64,000 bases of DNA from an uncultured Acidobacteriota bacterium (GTDB taxonomy: Bacteria; Actinomycetota; Acidimicrobiia; Spongiisociales; ZC4RG35). Shown here one piece after another: positions 47,950 to 58,700 of this stretch. Under the pieces are notes generated by a model that saw only the letters and a list, made by a program, of their open reading frames with translations, searched no databases and was not told the DNA's origin. The stretch is taken from contig CAVTFV010000006.1 of the NCBI GenBank assembly GCA_963734115.1, positions 227,122 to 291,121 of the forward strand, written 5' to 3'. The position numbers and the translations under genes are program-made. The first letter of the stretch is position 1, and each line of letters begins with the position of its first letter.

Positions 47950-49722
47950 TCACTCCCGTTCGTCGGCCGTAGAACGGTTCCGCATCGCCAAAAAGACTCC
48001 CGCGATCACTATCACCGCTGCAGCGATACCGCCCCAGAGGAGCCAGTTGATGCCGGAGCCGTCATCTGCGGCCGCCCCGATCGGGGTGAGCTCGATGTAG
48101 CCCGGCGAGGTGTTGTTGAAGATGACCGGCCCGATCTCGGCCGGCTGCCTTACCCAGCCCTCGAAGGTGTCGGTGCGGTAGGCCTGGAGATCGGGGGCGA
48201 GGAATATCGGTATGTAGATGGCGGATTCGTGGAACAGGGTGAGCATGTCGTGGACGATCTCGAGCCGGGCGTCCGGATCCACCTCCTGGTTCTGGGCCGT
48301 GTACATGGCGTCATACTCGGGGTCGAACCAGTTGGCGTCGTTGAAATTGCCCAACTCCCCCTCGGTGAAATTGACCAGCATCGGGTCGGGGTCTACGAAG
48401 GGCACCCAACCCCAATAAAAGGTGTCGTAGGTGCCGTCGACGATGACACCGAACAAAGCATCCTGGTCGTACGCCTCGAGAGTGACGCCGATGCCGATCG
48501 CCTCCATCCATCCCACCATCAAATCCCCGATCGGGCCCGCATTGTCGCCGTCGGTGTTCACCGCATGCCGGATCACGAGTGGGTTGGTCCCATCGGGCAT
48601 CTCCCTGATCCCGTCACCGTCCGAATCGAGATAGCCGGCGTCGTCGAGGATTTGGTTGGCCAAATCGGGGTCGTACTCGAGCCGGTCCTCCTCGGGGATC
48701 TCGGGAAGCCATTTCGGGTCTGCCGACGCGCTCACCGTCTCCAACCGAGAGGCATGGCCAAACTCCAGATCCTCGATCACTGCATCCCGATCCACCCCGT
48801 GGGCAATCGCCCGTCGCACGTTGATGTCGAGCAGCGCCGGATGAGGCTGACCCTCGGCTGCCCCGCCGTTGATGGCGATCTCGTCGAAGCCACCCTGATG
48901 ACCCTCGATGACCTCGATGTTCTCGTCCGCCTCGAGTGTGTCCCAGGAGCTGGCAGGAATGCTCTGCGCCGCATCGAGCTCACCCCGCTGCAGAGCGGCC
49001 ACCATCGCATCCGGATTCTCGAAAAGCCGGAAGATGATCTCGTCATAGGGAGGCTCCTCGCCTTCCCAGCCCCAATAACTGGGGTTGGCATCCATGACAA
49101 CGGTCTGGCCTGGGGTGAACTCTGACAGGACGAATGGGCCGCTTCCCACGCCGTCGTCGGCGGCGTACTGGGTCGCAGCGTCGTAGTCGGTTGCGATCGG
49201 CTCCCAAATGTGCTTGGGCACCAAATAGACGTCCATCGTGGGCAGCTTGGGATCGGGCACCGAAGAGACGAGCTGGACGGTGCGCTCATCGACGACCGTC
49301 GCCTCGATGTTCGCCACTGTCGAGATCTGGTTGTCCCACCCTTGTTCTCGAGCGGTGTTGATGTTCCAGACGACATCCTCGGCGGTGAGAGGCTCACCGT
49401 CTGACCAGGTCAGGCCTTCACGGAGGGTGTAGATGTATTCCAGCCCGGGCTGAATCTCCTCCCAGGATTCGGCCAGACCGGGCGTCGTGGCGAAATCATC
49501 TGCTGCCTTGTCGGTAAGCGTCGCGTACTGAAGGTTCCAGATCTCGTATACCGGCACGGTGTAGCCCGACGTCGGGTTGATCACCTCCCAGTCCTGGGTC
49601 AGCCCGATCCGAAGAGTGATTTGATCATCCTCCTCCTGGGCAGAGGCGACCGGGACCAGGGAAAGGGCAACCACGGCGGTAACCAGCGACACGACTAGAC
49701 GTCTCATCTTCTGACTCTCCAT
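47950..49722 (-). CDS. ABC transporter substrate-binding protein, family 5 (DppA/OppA-like, 590 aa), with signal peptide
   Basis: Signal peptide MRRLVVSLVTAVVALSLVPVASAQ. SBP_bac_5 fold size and motifs. Confidence 0.9.
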   Translation of the reverse strand: MESQKMRRLVVSLVTAVVALSLVPVASAQEEDDQITLRIGLTQDWEVINPTSGYTVPVYEIWNLQYATLTDKAADDFATTPGLAESWEEIQPGLEYIYTLREGLTWSDGEPLTAEDVVWNINTAREQGWDNQISTVANIEATVVDERTVQLVSSVPDPKLPTMDVYLVPKHIWEPIATDYDAATQYAADDGVGSGPFVLSEFTPGQTVVMDANPSYWGWEGEEPPYDEIIFRLFENPDAMVAALQRGELDAAQSIPASSWDTLEADENIEVIEGHQGGFDEIAINGGAAEGQPHPALLDINVRRAIAHGVDRDAVIEDLEFGHASRLETVSASADPKWLPEIPEEDRLEYDPDLANQILDDAGYLDSDGDGIREMPDGTNPLVIRHAVNTDGDNAGPIGDLMVGWMEAIGIGVTLEAYDQDALFGVIVDGTYDTFYWGWVPFVDPDPMLVNFTEGELGNFNDANWFDPEYDAMYTAQNQEVDPDARLEIVHDMLTLFHESAIYIPIFLAPDLQAYRTDTFEGWVRQPAEIGPVIFNNTSPGYIELTPIGAAADDGSGINWLLWGGIAAAVIVIAGVFLAMRNRSTADERE

Positions 49723-49791
49723 TCAGGTTTGACCTAGCGCAATGTATCCGTCTCGATCACCCTCTGACGCCGAATCGCCTGACCTTGAATC

Positions 49792-49807
49792 CTGAATGAC
49801 GATTCAG
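49792..49807. promoter_or_regulatory. Palindrome CTGAAT-GACG-ATTCAG in the divergent region between dppA-like and the aminomethyltransferase gene; variant of the CTGAAC-N4-GTTCAG motif
   Basis: Perfect 6-bp arms. Confidence 0.35.
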
Positions 49808-49850
49808 TCTTCCCCGATTACAGTGATCCGACCCAGGCGAGGTTGCAGAC

Positions 49851-51050
49851 TTGATCCGCGAGACACCGTTTCATCCCAGGACCAGCGAGGCCAACAAGAC
49901 GGGGTTGTGGAGCCATTGGTCGGGATATCTGGCCACCGACCGCTATCAGATGTCCGACAAGTTCGAGTACTTCGCCATCAGGAACTCGGCGGCGGTCATC
50001 GACACCTCCCCTCTCTACAAGTATCGGATCACCGGATCAGACGCCGAGAGCTTCCTTGCCGGCGTCCTGGCACGTGACATCCGGAAATGCCGTCCCGGGC
50101 AGGCGCACTACACGGTGTGGTGTGACGACGACGGTTGGGTGGTAGAAGACGGCGTCATCCTCCGTCACAGCGACGACGAGTTCCTGCTCACCGCTGCCGA
50201 GCCCAACATGGCCTATTTGCAGGACCTCGTCGGCCAGATGGCGGTCCAGATCGAGGATGTCTCGGACGATTTCGGAGCGCTCGCCCTGCAGGGCCCGTAC
50301 GCCAGGGAGATCCTCAAGCAACTTGCTCCGGAAATGGAGGAGATCGGCTACTTCCATCTCACTCCGGCCAAAGTGGGCAACGCCGCGGTGACCATCTCCC
50401 GTACCGGCTACACCGGAGATCTGGGGTACGAGATCTGGGTGGAAAGGGACGACGCAGTCGGTGTATGGGACACGCTCTTCGAAGTGGCGGCGCCCTATGG
50501 GGTCATCCCGGCCGGCCAGACCGCTTTGCTCATCGCCCGCATCGAGGCAGGGCTGGTCCTGATCGATGTCGACTTCTACTCCGCCCGCTACGCCTGGAAC
50601 GACGACCAGCGAACCACCCCCCACGAGCTGGGGCTGGGGTGGATGCTCCGTGACCTCCCTTCCGACGACAGAGCCTTCATTGGTCGGCGCGCCGTCGAGC
50701 GCGAGCTGGCAGACGGCACGTCCCGGTGGAAGACGGTCGGAATAATGGTCGACTTCGAAGACTGGAATCGCGTCTACAACGAACGTGGGGTCATCCCCCC
50801 CAAGGATCACACCCCCGAACACGGCGGAATGATGATCTACGACGAGAACCTGGAGCGGATCGGGTACACGCCCAGCTTCGTCTACTCACCGATGGCTCAG
50901 CGACACGTCGGGATCGCCCGAGTCCGTCCCGAGCACGCCGCGCTCGGGACCGAGGTGAGCCTCGAGGTCACCATCGATCATCGCTACGACGTGGTGAGGG
51001 CCAATGTGAGCCGTCTTCCCTTCTTCAACCCACCGAGAAAGACTGCCTGA
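49851..51050 (+). CDS. Aminomethyltransferase (glycine-cleavage T-protein / DmdA-like) family protein
   Basis: GcvT-family fold motifs (YTGDLGYEIWV; folate-binding C-terminal barrel). Confidence 0.85.
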   Translation: MIRETPFHPRTSEANKTGLWSHWSGYLATDRYQMSDKFEYFAIRNSAAVIDTSPLYKYRITGSDAESFLAGVLARDIRKCRPGQAHYTVWCDDDGWVVEDGVILRHSDDEFLLTAAEPNMAYLQDLVGQMAVQIEDVSDDFGALALQGPYAREILKQLAPEMEEIGYFHLTPAKVGNAAVTISRTGYTGDLGYEIWVERDDAVGVWDTLFEVAAPYGVIPAGQTALLIARIEAGLVLIDVDFYSARYAWNDDQRTTPHELGLGWMLRDLPSDDRAFIGRRAVERELADGTSRWKTVGIMVDFEDWNRVYNERGVIPPKDHTPEHGGMMIYDENLERIGYTPSFVYSPMAQRHVGIARVRPEHAALGTEVSLEVTIDHRYDVVRANVSRLPFFNPPRKTA

Positions 51051-51057
51051 GGTAGAC

Positions 51058-52653
51058 ATGCCGGCCAAGAAGAAGTTCGACGCAATCGTCATCGGTGGCG
51101 GCCACAACGGCCTGGTCAACGGGGCCTATCTCGCTAAAGCTGGGCTGAGCACCGTCATCCTCGAGCGAAGGCATTTGGTCGGCGGCGCCGCCATCACCGA
51201 GGAGCTGCACCCGGGGTTCAGCTTCACCACCTTCTCCTACGCATTGAGCCTGCTCCGCCCCGAGATCATCCACGAGTTGGAGTTGACCAAGCACGGCTTC
51301 ATGCCCCTGCTGATGCCCTCGACGTTCGCCCCGACCGAGGACGGCGACTACATCTTGTTGGGGCAGGACAAGAACGAGAACCACCACGAGATCTCCCGGC
51401 ACTCGCCCCACGACGCCGATGCCTACGACGCCTACGGGCACATGATGGAACAGGTGGTCCACGCCATCAGACCGCTGATGGACTCGATCCCGCCCGACAT
51501 CACCTCCAAGGACCCCGAGGAGCGGGCACGGATGGCGGCGATCGGCTCATACCTCGCCGATCTACCTCCCGGCGTCCTGCACGACATGATCCGGCTGATG
51601 ACCGGAAGTGCCGCCGACATCCTGGAGGACTACTTCGAGTCGGATCTCATGCAAGGGCTCCATGCATCATCGGGCATCATCGGCACCAAAGTCGGGCCAC
51701 GTTCCCAAGGCTCGGGCCTCGTCCTCCTCTATCACTCGTTCGGCGAGCACGACGGCGCCTATGGTGCCTGGGCTTTCCATAAGGGAGGCAACGGCGGGTT
51801 CACCCAGGTCCTGGCCCGGGCCGCCGAGTCGTTCGGCGCCGAGATCAGACTCGAGTCGCCCGTCGACCACGTTGTCACGAAGAACGGCCGGGCCGTCGGC
51901 GTGATGCTCGAAGACGGGACCGAGTTGGAGGCAAGGACGGTGGTGAGCGCCGTGGACCCCCGGCGCACCTTCATGCAATTGGTCGATCCTCGGGAGTTGC
52001 CGACCGATCTCGTGGAGAACATCCGCCGTTTCAAGTTCCAGGGGACCTCGGCCAAGGTCAACTTCGCCCTCGACGCCAATCCCACCTACCCCGGTCTCGA
52101 GGGCAAGTCGGACCACTACCGCGGATTCATCAATATGGGCCCCTCACTCGACTATCTGGAGCGCGCCTTCGACGACGCCAAGTATGGGTGGTACTCCCAG
52201 AAGCCGTACATCGACGGGTGCATCCAGTCCAACGTGGATCCAGACATGGCGCCACCCGGCAAAGCGGTCATGTCTTGCTTCATCCAGTACGCCCCATATC
52301 ACCTGAGGGAGAGCGACTGGGACACCGAGCGGGACCGGTTCGGCGACGTCGTGCAGAAGACGCTGGAGGGTTTCTTTCCAGGCTTCGGCGACTTGGTGCT
52401 CCACCGGGAGGTGGTCACCCCCCTCGATATCGAGAGGGTTGTCGGCCTCACCGAAGGCAACATCTTCGCCGGCGAGTTCCTGGCCCCCCAGATGTTCTTC
52501 TTCCGTCCCGCCCCAGGCTGGAACCAATACCGCACCCCGATCGAGGGCTACTACCAGTGCGGCTCTGGAACCCACCCCGGCGGATGCGTCATGGGCGCGC
52601 CCGGCCGCTTCGCCTCACAGCAAATCCTCGGGGACCTGGCCAAGAAGAAATAG
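51058..52653 (+). CDS. NAD(P)/FAD-dependent oxidoreductase of the phytoene-desaturase (CrtI-like) family
   Basis: N-terminal FAD motif DAIVIGGGHNGLVNGAYLAKAG. 531 aa. Confidence 0.8.
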   Translation: MPAKKKFDAIVIGGGHNGLVNGAYLAKAGLSTVILERRHLVGGAAITEELHPGFSFTTFSYALSLLRPEIIHELELTKHGFMPLLMPSTFAPTEDGDYILLGQDKNENHHEISRHSPHDADAYDAYGHMMEQVVHAIRPLMDSIPPDITSKDPEERARMAAIGSYLADLPPGVLHDMIRLMTGSAADILEDYFESDLMQGLHASSGIIGTKVGPRSQGSGLVLLYHSFGEHDGAYGAWAFHKGGNGGFTQVLARAAESFGAEIRLESPVDHVVTKNGRAVGVMLEDGTELEARTVVSAVDPRRTFMQLVDPRELPTDLVENIRRFKFQGTSAKVNFALDANPTYPGLEGKSDHYRGFINMGPSLDYLERAFDDAKYGWYSQKPYIDGCIQSNVDPDMAPPGKAVMSCFIQYAPYHLRESDWDTERDRFGDVVQKTLEGFFPGFGDLVLHREVVTPLDIERVVGLTEGNIFAGEFLAPQMFFFRPAPGWNQYRTPIEGYYQCGSGTHPGGCVMGAPGRFASQQILGDLAKKK

Positions 52654-52709
52654 CCGAGGAACCGGTGGCAACAGGGCGTCGTTGATAGCCTTGTCCTCCG
52701 GGAGAAAAG

Positions 52710-54092
52710 ATGGCGTCGCGCCGAGAATTGGCCCTAGTTGTCGCCTTATTGCTGATCCTCGCCGCCTGCACCGAGTCGGCCACACCTCCACAACCGACGG
52801 CACCACCCGACGCCTTTGCCTCGACCCCGACGATCGGACCCACGACAACCACGGGACCAGCGCCCACCACATCCCTCGACCTCGAGCGGGTCGTGCTGCA
52901 AAGGGTGGATCCGGTGTCGTTGGAGCCGAGGACCGCCTTCGAGCCGATCCCGATGGGCGACGCGCTCTGGGGACAGGTCGCTTCGCCCGATGGCAGATAT
53001 CTGGCGGCCACGGTCGATGCCGACGGAAGCGGGGCCCCCGAGATGCGTCTCGTCGATCTCCAGTCCTGGACGCCGGTGGCGTCTTGGCCCGGGTCTGGCG
53101 ACTTCATGTTCCATATCGACCAACACGGAAGCGTCTTCTACGTCACCTATGGCGCTACCGCCGAACTTCGATTCGCCGCAACCGACTCATCCGGATCGAC
53201 ACTGATTGCATCCCTGCCCACCGAATATTGGGTGTGGGGGGCGGAGTCGGTCACAGAGACTCTCTTCCTGCTCTATGGCACCAAGCCGGCCGAATCCGGG
53301 TTGGAGGGTCAAGAGCAAGTGTTCGTCGCCACGGTCCAGCTCGATGAAGCCGGGCCAGTCCTGACCGAGATCTCAATGCCCGGAGTGGTGGTTGGGCAGG
53401 TCGAACCAGTCAGTCAGGGGCCCTGGGCAGGGTATCTCTATACCTCGCCCTCCTTCACTTGGGACCCGGTTGGTGCACGACTCTTGGTGGTCCACGGGGA
53501 TGAGGACGTGATATCGGAGGTGAACATCGCAACAGGCGAAGTCGTCGAGCACGCGGTGGCTGGGACCGTCGATCTCCAATTGGGAGCCAGACGAATGAGT
53601 GCCCTCAGCTCGGACGCCGGGTCCCTCCACGTCGCCACCCGCACCGTGGAACTCGTCGAGGACGACGACGACTGGATGGTCATCACCAGGCCCACCGGGG
53701 TGAAGACAATCGACACCACGACATGGGAGATGATGGCCCGAACGGATGAACCGATCTCGGACATCTGGGTCTCGCCGACTGGGGCCTTGCTCGGATCTGG
53801 CTATACGACTGAGGAGTCGGAATCGATAGCTGTGCAGGATTCAACCGGCCTCTATCTGCTCGATGGCTCGAATCTGGGCGTTCGAGTTCATTACCCGCCG
53901 GAGACTCCCGATCAATGGTGGGGACCGGTGTCTTTCACTGATTCAGGGTCGATCGCCTACGCCTCCACCTGGGTTCAAACCCCGAGAGTGAACGCCATCG
54001 AGATGGCCACCGGGGAATTCCTCTCCACTGCGGAAGGCACCGATACGTTGGAGATGATCGGGCCGGTAGGGGTACTCGCCAGCAATCGCTAA
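52710..54092 (+). CDS. Putative lipoprotein (460 aa, lipobox LLILAAC), probably beta-propeller-like; function unknown
   Basis: Signal peptide plus Cys lipobox. RBS GGGAGAAAAG. Confidence 0.7.
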   Translation: MASRRELALVVALLLILAACTESATPPQPTAPPDAFASTPTIGPTTTTGPAPTTSLDLERVVLQRVDPVSLEPRTAFEPIPMGDALWGQVASPDGRYLAATVDADGSGAPEMRLVDLQSWTPVASWPGSGDFMFHIDQHGSVFYVTYGATAELRFAATDSSGSTLIASLPTEYWVWGAESVTETLFLLYGTKPAESGLEGQEQVFVATVQLDEAGPVLTEISMPGVVVGQVEPVSQGPWAGYLYTSPSFTWDPVGARLLVVHGDEDVISEVNIATGEVVEHAVAGTVDLQLGARRMSALSSDAGSLHVATRTVELVEDDDDWMVITRPTGVKTIDTTTWEMMARTDEPISDIWVSPTGALLGSGYTTEESESIAVQDSTGLYLLDGSNLGVRVHYPPETPDQWWGPVSFTDSGSIAYASTWVQTPRVNAIEMATGEFLSTAEGTDTLEMIGPVGVLASNR

Positions 54093-54101
54093 CTTGCCCC
54101 G

Positions 54102-54506
54102 ATGCTGGAGACACGGCCCGAGCTAGCGGGATCGCTGGACGAGGACCTGGTTGGCTGGCTGACGACTGTCACCGAGTCCGGCCAACCGCAGAGCTCGGTG
54201 GTCTGGTTCCTCCGCGAAGGCGACGACCTGCTCGTCTACAGCAGACCCGACGCGACAAAGATGCGCAACATCTCAGCCAATCAGAAGGTCGCCTTCAATC
54301 TCCGCACGGACCCAATGGGAGATTCGATGACCAGTCTCGAGGGGACCGCCTCCATCGTCGATTCTCCCACACCGCCTCATCACGATTCCGCCTACTTCGC
54401 CAAGTACCAGGGCCAGATCAAGCGGCTCGGCTGGACCCCGGAGCAATTCTCCGACGATTACTCAGCCCTGATCCGGATCACGGTCACCCGCGTTCGGTCC
54501 TGGTAG
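54102..54506 (+). CDS. Pyridoxamine 5-prime-phosphate oxidase-like (PPOX class, probably F420-dependent) family protein
   Basis: Split-barrel signature (LVGWLTTVTESGQPQSSVVWFLREGDDLLVYS). Confidence 0.75.
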   Translation: MLETRPELAGSLDEDLVGWLTTVTESGQPQSSVVWFLREGDDLLVYSRPDATKMRNISANQKVAFNLRTDPMGDSMTSLEGTASIVDSPTPPHHDSAYFAKYQGQIKRLGWTPEQFSDDYSALIRITVTRVRSW

Positions 54507-54665
54507 CCCGCAATAACCAGCGGACAGTCGAGAGCCAGGTATCAACCAGCCGACTGCCGCTCTTTCTCTTGCCAAGCGGACACCAGGCGCACATCGAACT
54601 GCAGGACACGTGAAAGAGGCGGGGAACGGGGAGGTCGCGGGCGATTAGCTCACGACCGAGAGGGC

Positions 54666-54702
54666 GGAAGAAGGGGTCGTCTCCGGACGGCCCCTTCTTT
54701 TC
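54666..54702 (+). terminator. Intrinsic terminator: hairpin GAAGAAGGGGTCGTC-TCCG-GACGGCCCCTTCTT followed by TTTCG
   Basis: Long GC-rich stem followed by a short T-tract, in the 280-bp intergenic region downstream of the PPOX gene. Confidence 0.5.
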
Positions 54703-54787
54703 GTCAAAGAGCAGGTATCAGGGCCTGACACATCGACTCCTACCACCGACGGGAGCAAATCGCTCCCGATACGGGAAGGGAGAGACC

Positions 54788-55487
54788 ATGTCAACGAGTG
54801 CTACCCAGCCGGGTACCACCACAAGGACAGGACGTTCGGGTAAGGGTCTCGGCATCGCCGCGACCGCTCTCGCCATCGTCATCGCCGCCGGCTTCGTGTT
54901 CGCTATCAATCAGGGGAACGAAGTCACAGGGTCCGGAGTCAACGAGTTGTCCGGTCCGGCGGAGATCGCTGCCGCTCGCCACGCCGAGCGGGTTCGGCTC
55001 AGTGAGCTGGCGGCGCAGACCGCAGTTCGTCCGGCCGGTTCTGCCGAACTGGCCAGGCTCAACGAGCTAGCTGCACAGGTCAAGGCGGAGTCACATCCGG
55101 CAGTTCAACATCGAGAAGACCAAGATGGAGCTGGCGGCGCAGACCGCAGTTCGTCCGGCCGGTTCTGCCGAACTGGCCAGGCTCAACGAGCTAGCTGCAC
55201 AGGTCAAGGCGGAGTCGCATCCTGCGTTCAACATCGAGAAGACCAAAATGGAGCTGGCCGGACAGCTGGCCGTTGTCAACGAGCATCCGGGGCTCAACCC
55301 CGAGAAAACCAGGATGGAAATGCTGATCAACAAGCTCGATGAGCGGATCTACGTTCCGAGCATCGTGCTTCCCAGCGTCGCTACGAGCTACTGGAGCGAG
55401 GGCAACCTCGACCTCAGACGAGCACAAGCGAAGGCTCAGCAGCCAACCGAGCTGAATCAGCCAGACTGGGACAATCGGATGCCCTGA
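54788..55487 (+). CDS. Membrane-anchored protein with 41-aa tandem repeats (ELAAQTAVRPAGSAELARLNELAAQVKAESHPAFNIEKTKM) x2 plus a degenerate third; one frameshift in repeat 1 (near 55100)
   Basis: RBS GGGAAGGGAGAG. N-terminal TM LGIAATALAIVIAAGFVFAI. Reading continues in ORF 55125..55487 after a 1-nt insertion relative to repeat 2. Confidence 0.55.
55004..55260. repeat. Intragenic tandem repeat, unit 123 bp (copy 1 is 124 bp because of one extra base), 2 full copies plus a partial third
   Basis: Copies start at 55004 and 55128 with more than 95% identity. A third partial copy starts at 55251. Confidence 0.7.
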
Positions 55488-55511
55488 CGGAAACGTCGAA
55501 ACAACCAGGAG

Positions 55512-55535
55512 AAGGGCCGCCGCAAGGCGGCCCTT
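55512..55535 (+). terminator. Intrinsic terminator: AAGGGCCGCC-GCAA-GGCGGCCCTT followed by TCCTATT
   Basis: Perfect 10-bp stem with a tetraloop, 25 nt after the stop of the repeat-protein gene. Confidence 0.55.
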
Positions 55536-55751
55536 TCCTATTGGCACCGTCAGAAGAATCCCCGACACCGGCACGATCCAGTGGTGTAGGTTCGGAAGCC
55601 GTTTTTCAAGGGAGGCTGCACCCAGCAAGGGTGTATCACTGGGCTCGGCATGTGGCGCTGATGGAGCCCGGGTCATTCGGGGCGGTGGTGGCCACGCAGG
55701 TCGAGCCCGGCGCGGCGATCACCCCAAGGGAGTGCCGAGGAGGAGAAGACC

Positions 55752-58700
55752 ATGAGCGTGCAGCAAACGGACCAGCCTTGGGATTTCGTATGCAATCCGG
55801 ATAATGAATCGATGTGCGCCAACCTCCTGCGGGATGATTCACCACTGGTTCCGGAAGAGGAAGAGCAGGCTCCGCCCGAGGGTCTCGAGCATTTCGTTCT
55901 CGTTCATCCCGATCAGGTGGTCATCAATGTCCCGATCGGGGTAACGATCGATTTCGACCAGTTCGGGTTACAGCCGGTCGAGCCTCGCGATTTCTTTCTG
56001 TCGGAGGAAGTGGCAGACGACGAACTGGAAGAGGCTCAGCGTGTGCTCGAACTCCTCGGCAGAGGAGAGTCGATGGCCAGACAGTCGTCATCTACAAGCT
56101 CAAGAATCCCGACGGATGATCTGTTTCAGACGATCAACCGGGTTCAGGAGAAGACCGGTTTTCCGGCGAGCCCGCACTACCTGATGAAGCCCGCACCAAA
56201 GTGGAGATACGGTCCCCACGGCAATGTGGCGCAGACTCGACCCGGCCCACAAATGGAGACGATCTGAAGGTCACCGGACCTGACAGTGCGGCACCTAGCG
56301 GGCGTGTGATCGTGATCGACACCGGAGGCAACGGCAATCTCTCTGCCATTGGCATTTCCGTCGCCGAGCCGGAACCGAACCCCAACCCACCTAACGGGCT
56401 GCTGCCGGAAGCCGTCGGCCATGGCACCTTCGCCGCCTCAATCGCCAAGAAATACAACCCTGGTTTGAACGTCGAGCTGTACCGGGCAAGCTCGACGAAC
56501 GGGATCCTCGATGAGATTTGGGGTTTTGGCCGCGTTTCGGAGGGCCCAGCCCGCCTCGGGTGACGTGTTGAGCCTGTCATTCGGCACGTACCCGGCCGGC
56601 CGAAAATATGAGCCGGTGATCCTTCCACGCGCCCTCGAATATTGCCTTCAAGGCTCAGCCGTCGTCGCCGCCAGCGGCAACGACGGTCCGACCACGTACC
56701 GTCCCAGCTCTACCCAGCGTCACGATCGGATGTGCTCGGAGTGAGCGCTCTGGACAAAACTTGGCAACCGCCGGTGTGGGCGAACGTCGGTGATGTCTCC
56801 GCACCCGGGGTGGATGTGGTCGGCTGGTACCACGACAAGACCGACTGGGAGCCTGGCGGTGTGGAGCGGCACCTCGTTCGCCACGCCGTACACGCGGCTT
56901 GCCTTGCCTCAGGGGGGATTTGTTAGCGCGGTGACCGAGGAGGGCGACCAACTGATCCTGCTCGCTGAGCGGGATCCAACTGCCTGCGTCGTGACCTGTA
57001 ACGAGATCCTTTCCAAACCGGCGCCGAATGGCCAGTTGGCCGATGCTCATCGCGCCCTGGGAATCGCGCTTCGTTCATTGGGTGAGATCGACGATTCGAT
57101 CCGCGAGCTCGAGCTGGCCCGTGATGTCTATCGAGAGCACGGAAACGACGCGGGTTCGGCCGAGGCCATCATCTCACTGGCGGCCTCGGTGGCGATGTCA
57201 GGGAGACTCGACGATGGAATCGAGTTGCTCGAACCTTTACTTCATGAGAGTAGCGACGCCGTGCGGACCCACGCCCAAGTCCAGAAGGCCGGTCTCATCG
57301 CCCGAACCGGCGATCTCGAAGGGGCAATGGGTCTTTACCGCTTGGCAGAACCGGTCCTGAAGAGCTCGAACGATCTGCGCTGGCTCGCTCTCCTCTACAG
57401 CACCCGCGGCCTGGTACTGACCTATCAATCCGAGTTCGACAGGGCCGAGATCGACCTGCGGCTCGCCAGAGACCTCTTTCTCGATGCTCGATCGCGCCGC
57501 ACCGGCCGCCGAGATGGTGCACAACCTCGGTTTTGTCGCAGTTCAGAAAGGAGATATCGCCAGAGGGCTGTCGATCATGCTCGAGGCGGAGGAATTGTGG
57601 AAGCAAGCCGGTCTTCCCACCGAGGCGATCGCCTCCGATCGGTCATATGCCTACATGCTGGCCGGTCTACCCGGTGAGGCATTCCAGATCGCTCTGAGCA
57701 CGGCCCGCCGTCTCGGCTCCCAAGGCCATCAGCTGGAGCGGGCCGAGGCCCTCTACCTGGCGGCGCGGGCCGCCCTGGCTAGTGGTGATTCCAAATCTGC
57801 TGTCGAAGTTGCAGAGGAGGCGGCGCGATCTGGCAACTGACCAGGATCGTGAGTCATGGCGGCTGATGGCGAGGGTGGTGCTGGAGGAGGCCCGCTTTCG
57901 GGCCGGGATGCTGGGCGATCCGAAGGATCTGGTCGCGCTCGCCAGCGCCTTCTCCGCCCAGGGAAACTCTTCGGGCGAGGCGCATGCCCGTGCCTTGGCC
58001 TCGCTTCGATTCTTGGAAACGGGTGACCTGGCCGCCGCCGAGGAAAGCCTGGACACGATCGCGGCCGACGAGTCGATCCACACAGATCTTCCGGTGCGGC
58101 TGTTGGTGGCGGTGGCGAAAGCCGAGCTCCTGCTGGCCAAGGGCGACAGCGAGATGGCGACAGAGGTGCTCGAAAAGGCGGCGGATCTGGTCGACGGTCA
58201 CCGAATTCTTCTCAGCGCTACCGAGGCCAGAGCAGGTGTCAGCCTCCTCGCCGACGAGATCGCCGGCCTGGGACGCCGAGCGATCCACGAGGATGGACGA
58301 TCCGCAATCAGTTGGACCGAGAGATTCCGGGGAGCGTCGTTGCGGATCGCTCCGGTTGTCATGACTCCGGACACCGAACTGGGCGACCAACCTGGCCGAG
58401 CTGCGGGGGCTCGTCCGCGAGATAGAAGAGCTCACCCTCGAAGGTGAGGACACCAGCGAGCTGACCGCCGAGGTCAAGCGTCTGGAGCGCCGGATCGGTG
58501 ATCTATCGGTGGCCCGGGAGCAGGCTGCCGGCACCGTGGCGCCGGTAGGTGGCGTCGAGCAACTGGTCGACGCCCTGGGGTCACGTCAGATGCTCTATCT
58601 CTATCACGTGTCCGATCGCACCTGCGGCGAATTGGTGGGCCCGACGGGAAGCGAGCAAGTCGACTTGGGCGGGTCCGCCCGCCTGAGATTCCTCGCCCAT

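Noticed and set aside
47725-49125. 466-aa plus-strand ORF
   Set aside because: Antisense to dppA/dppB-like genes.
55541-55804. 87-aa ORF in the long leader upstream of the S8-TPR-CHAT gene
   Set aside because: No RBS, biased Arg/Gly/Ala composition, and overlaps the strong RBS and start of the downstream gene. More likely an untranslated leader. I could not assign a riboswitch class from sequence alone.
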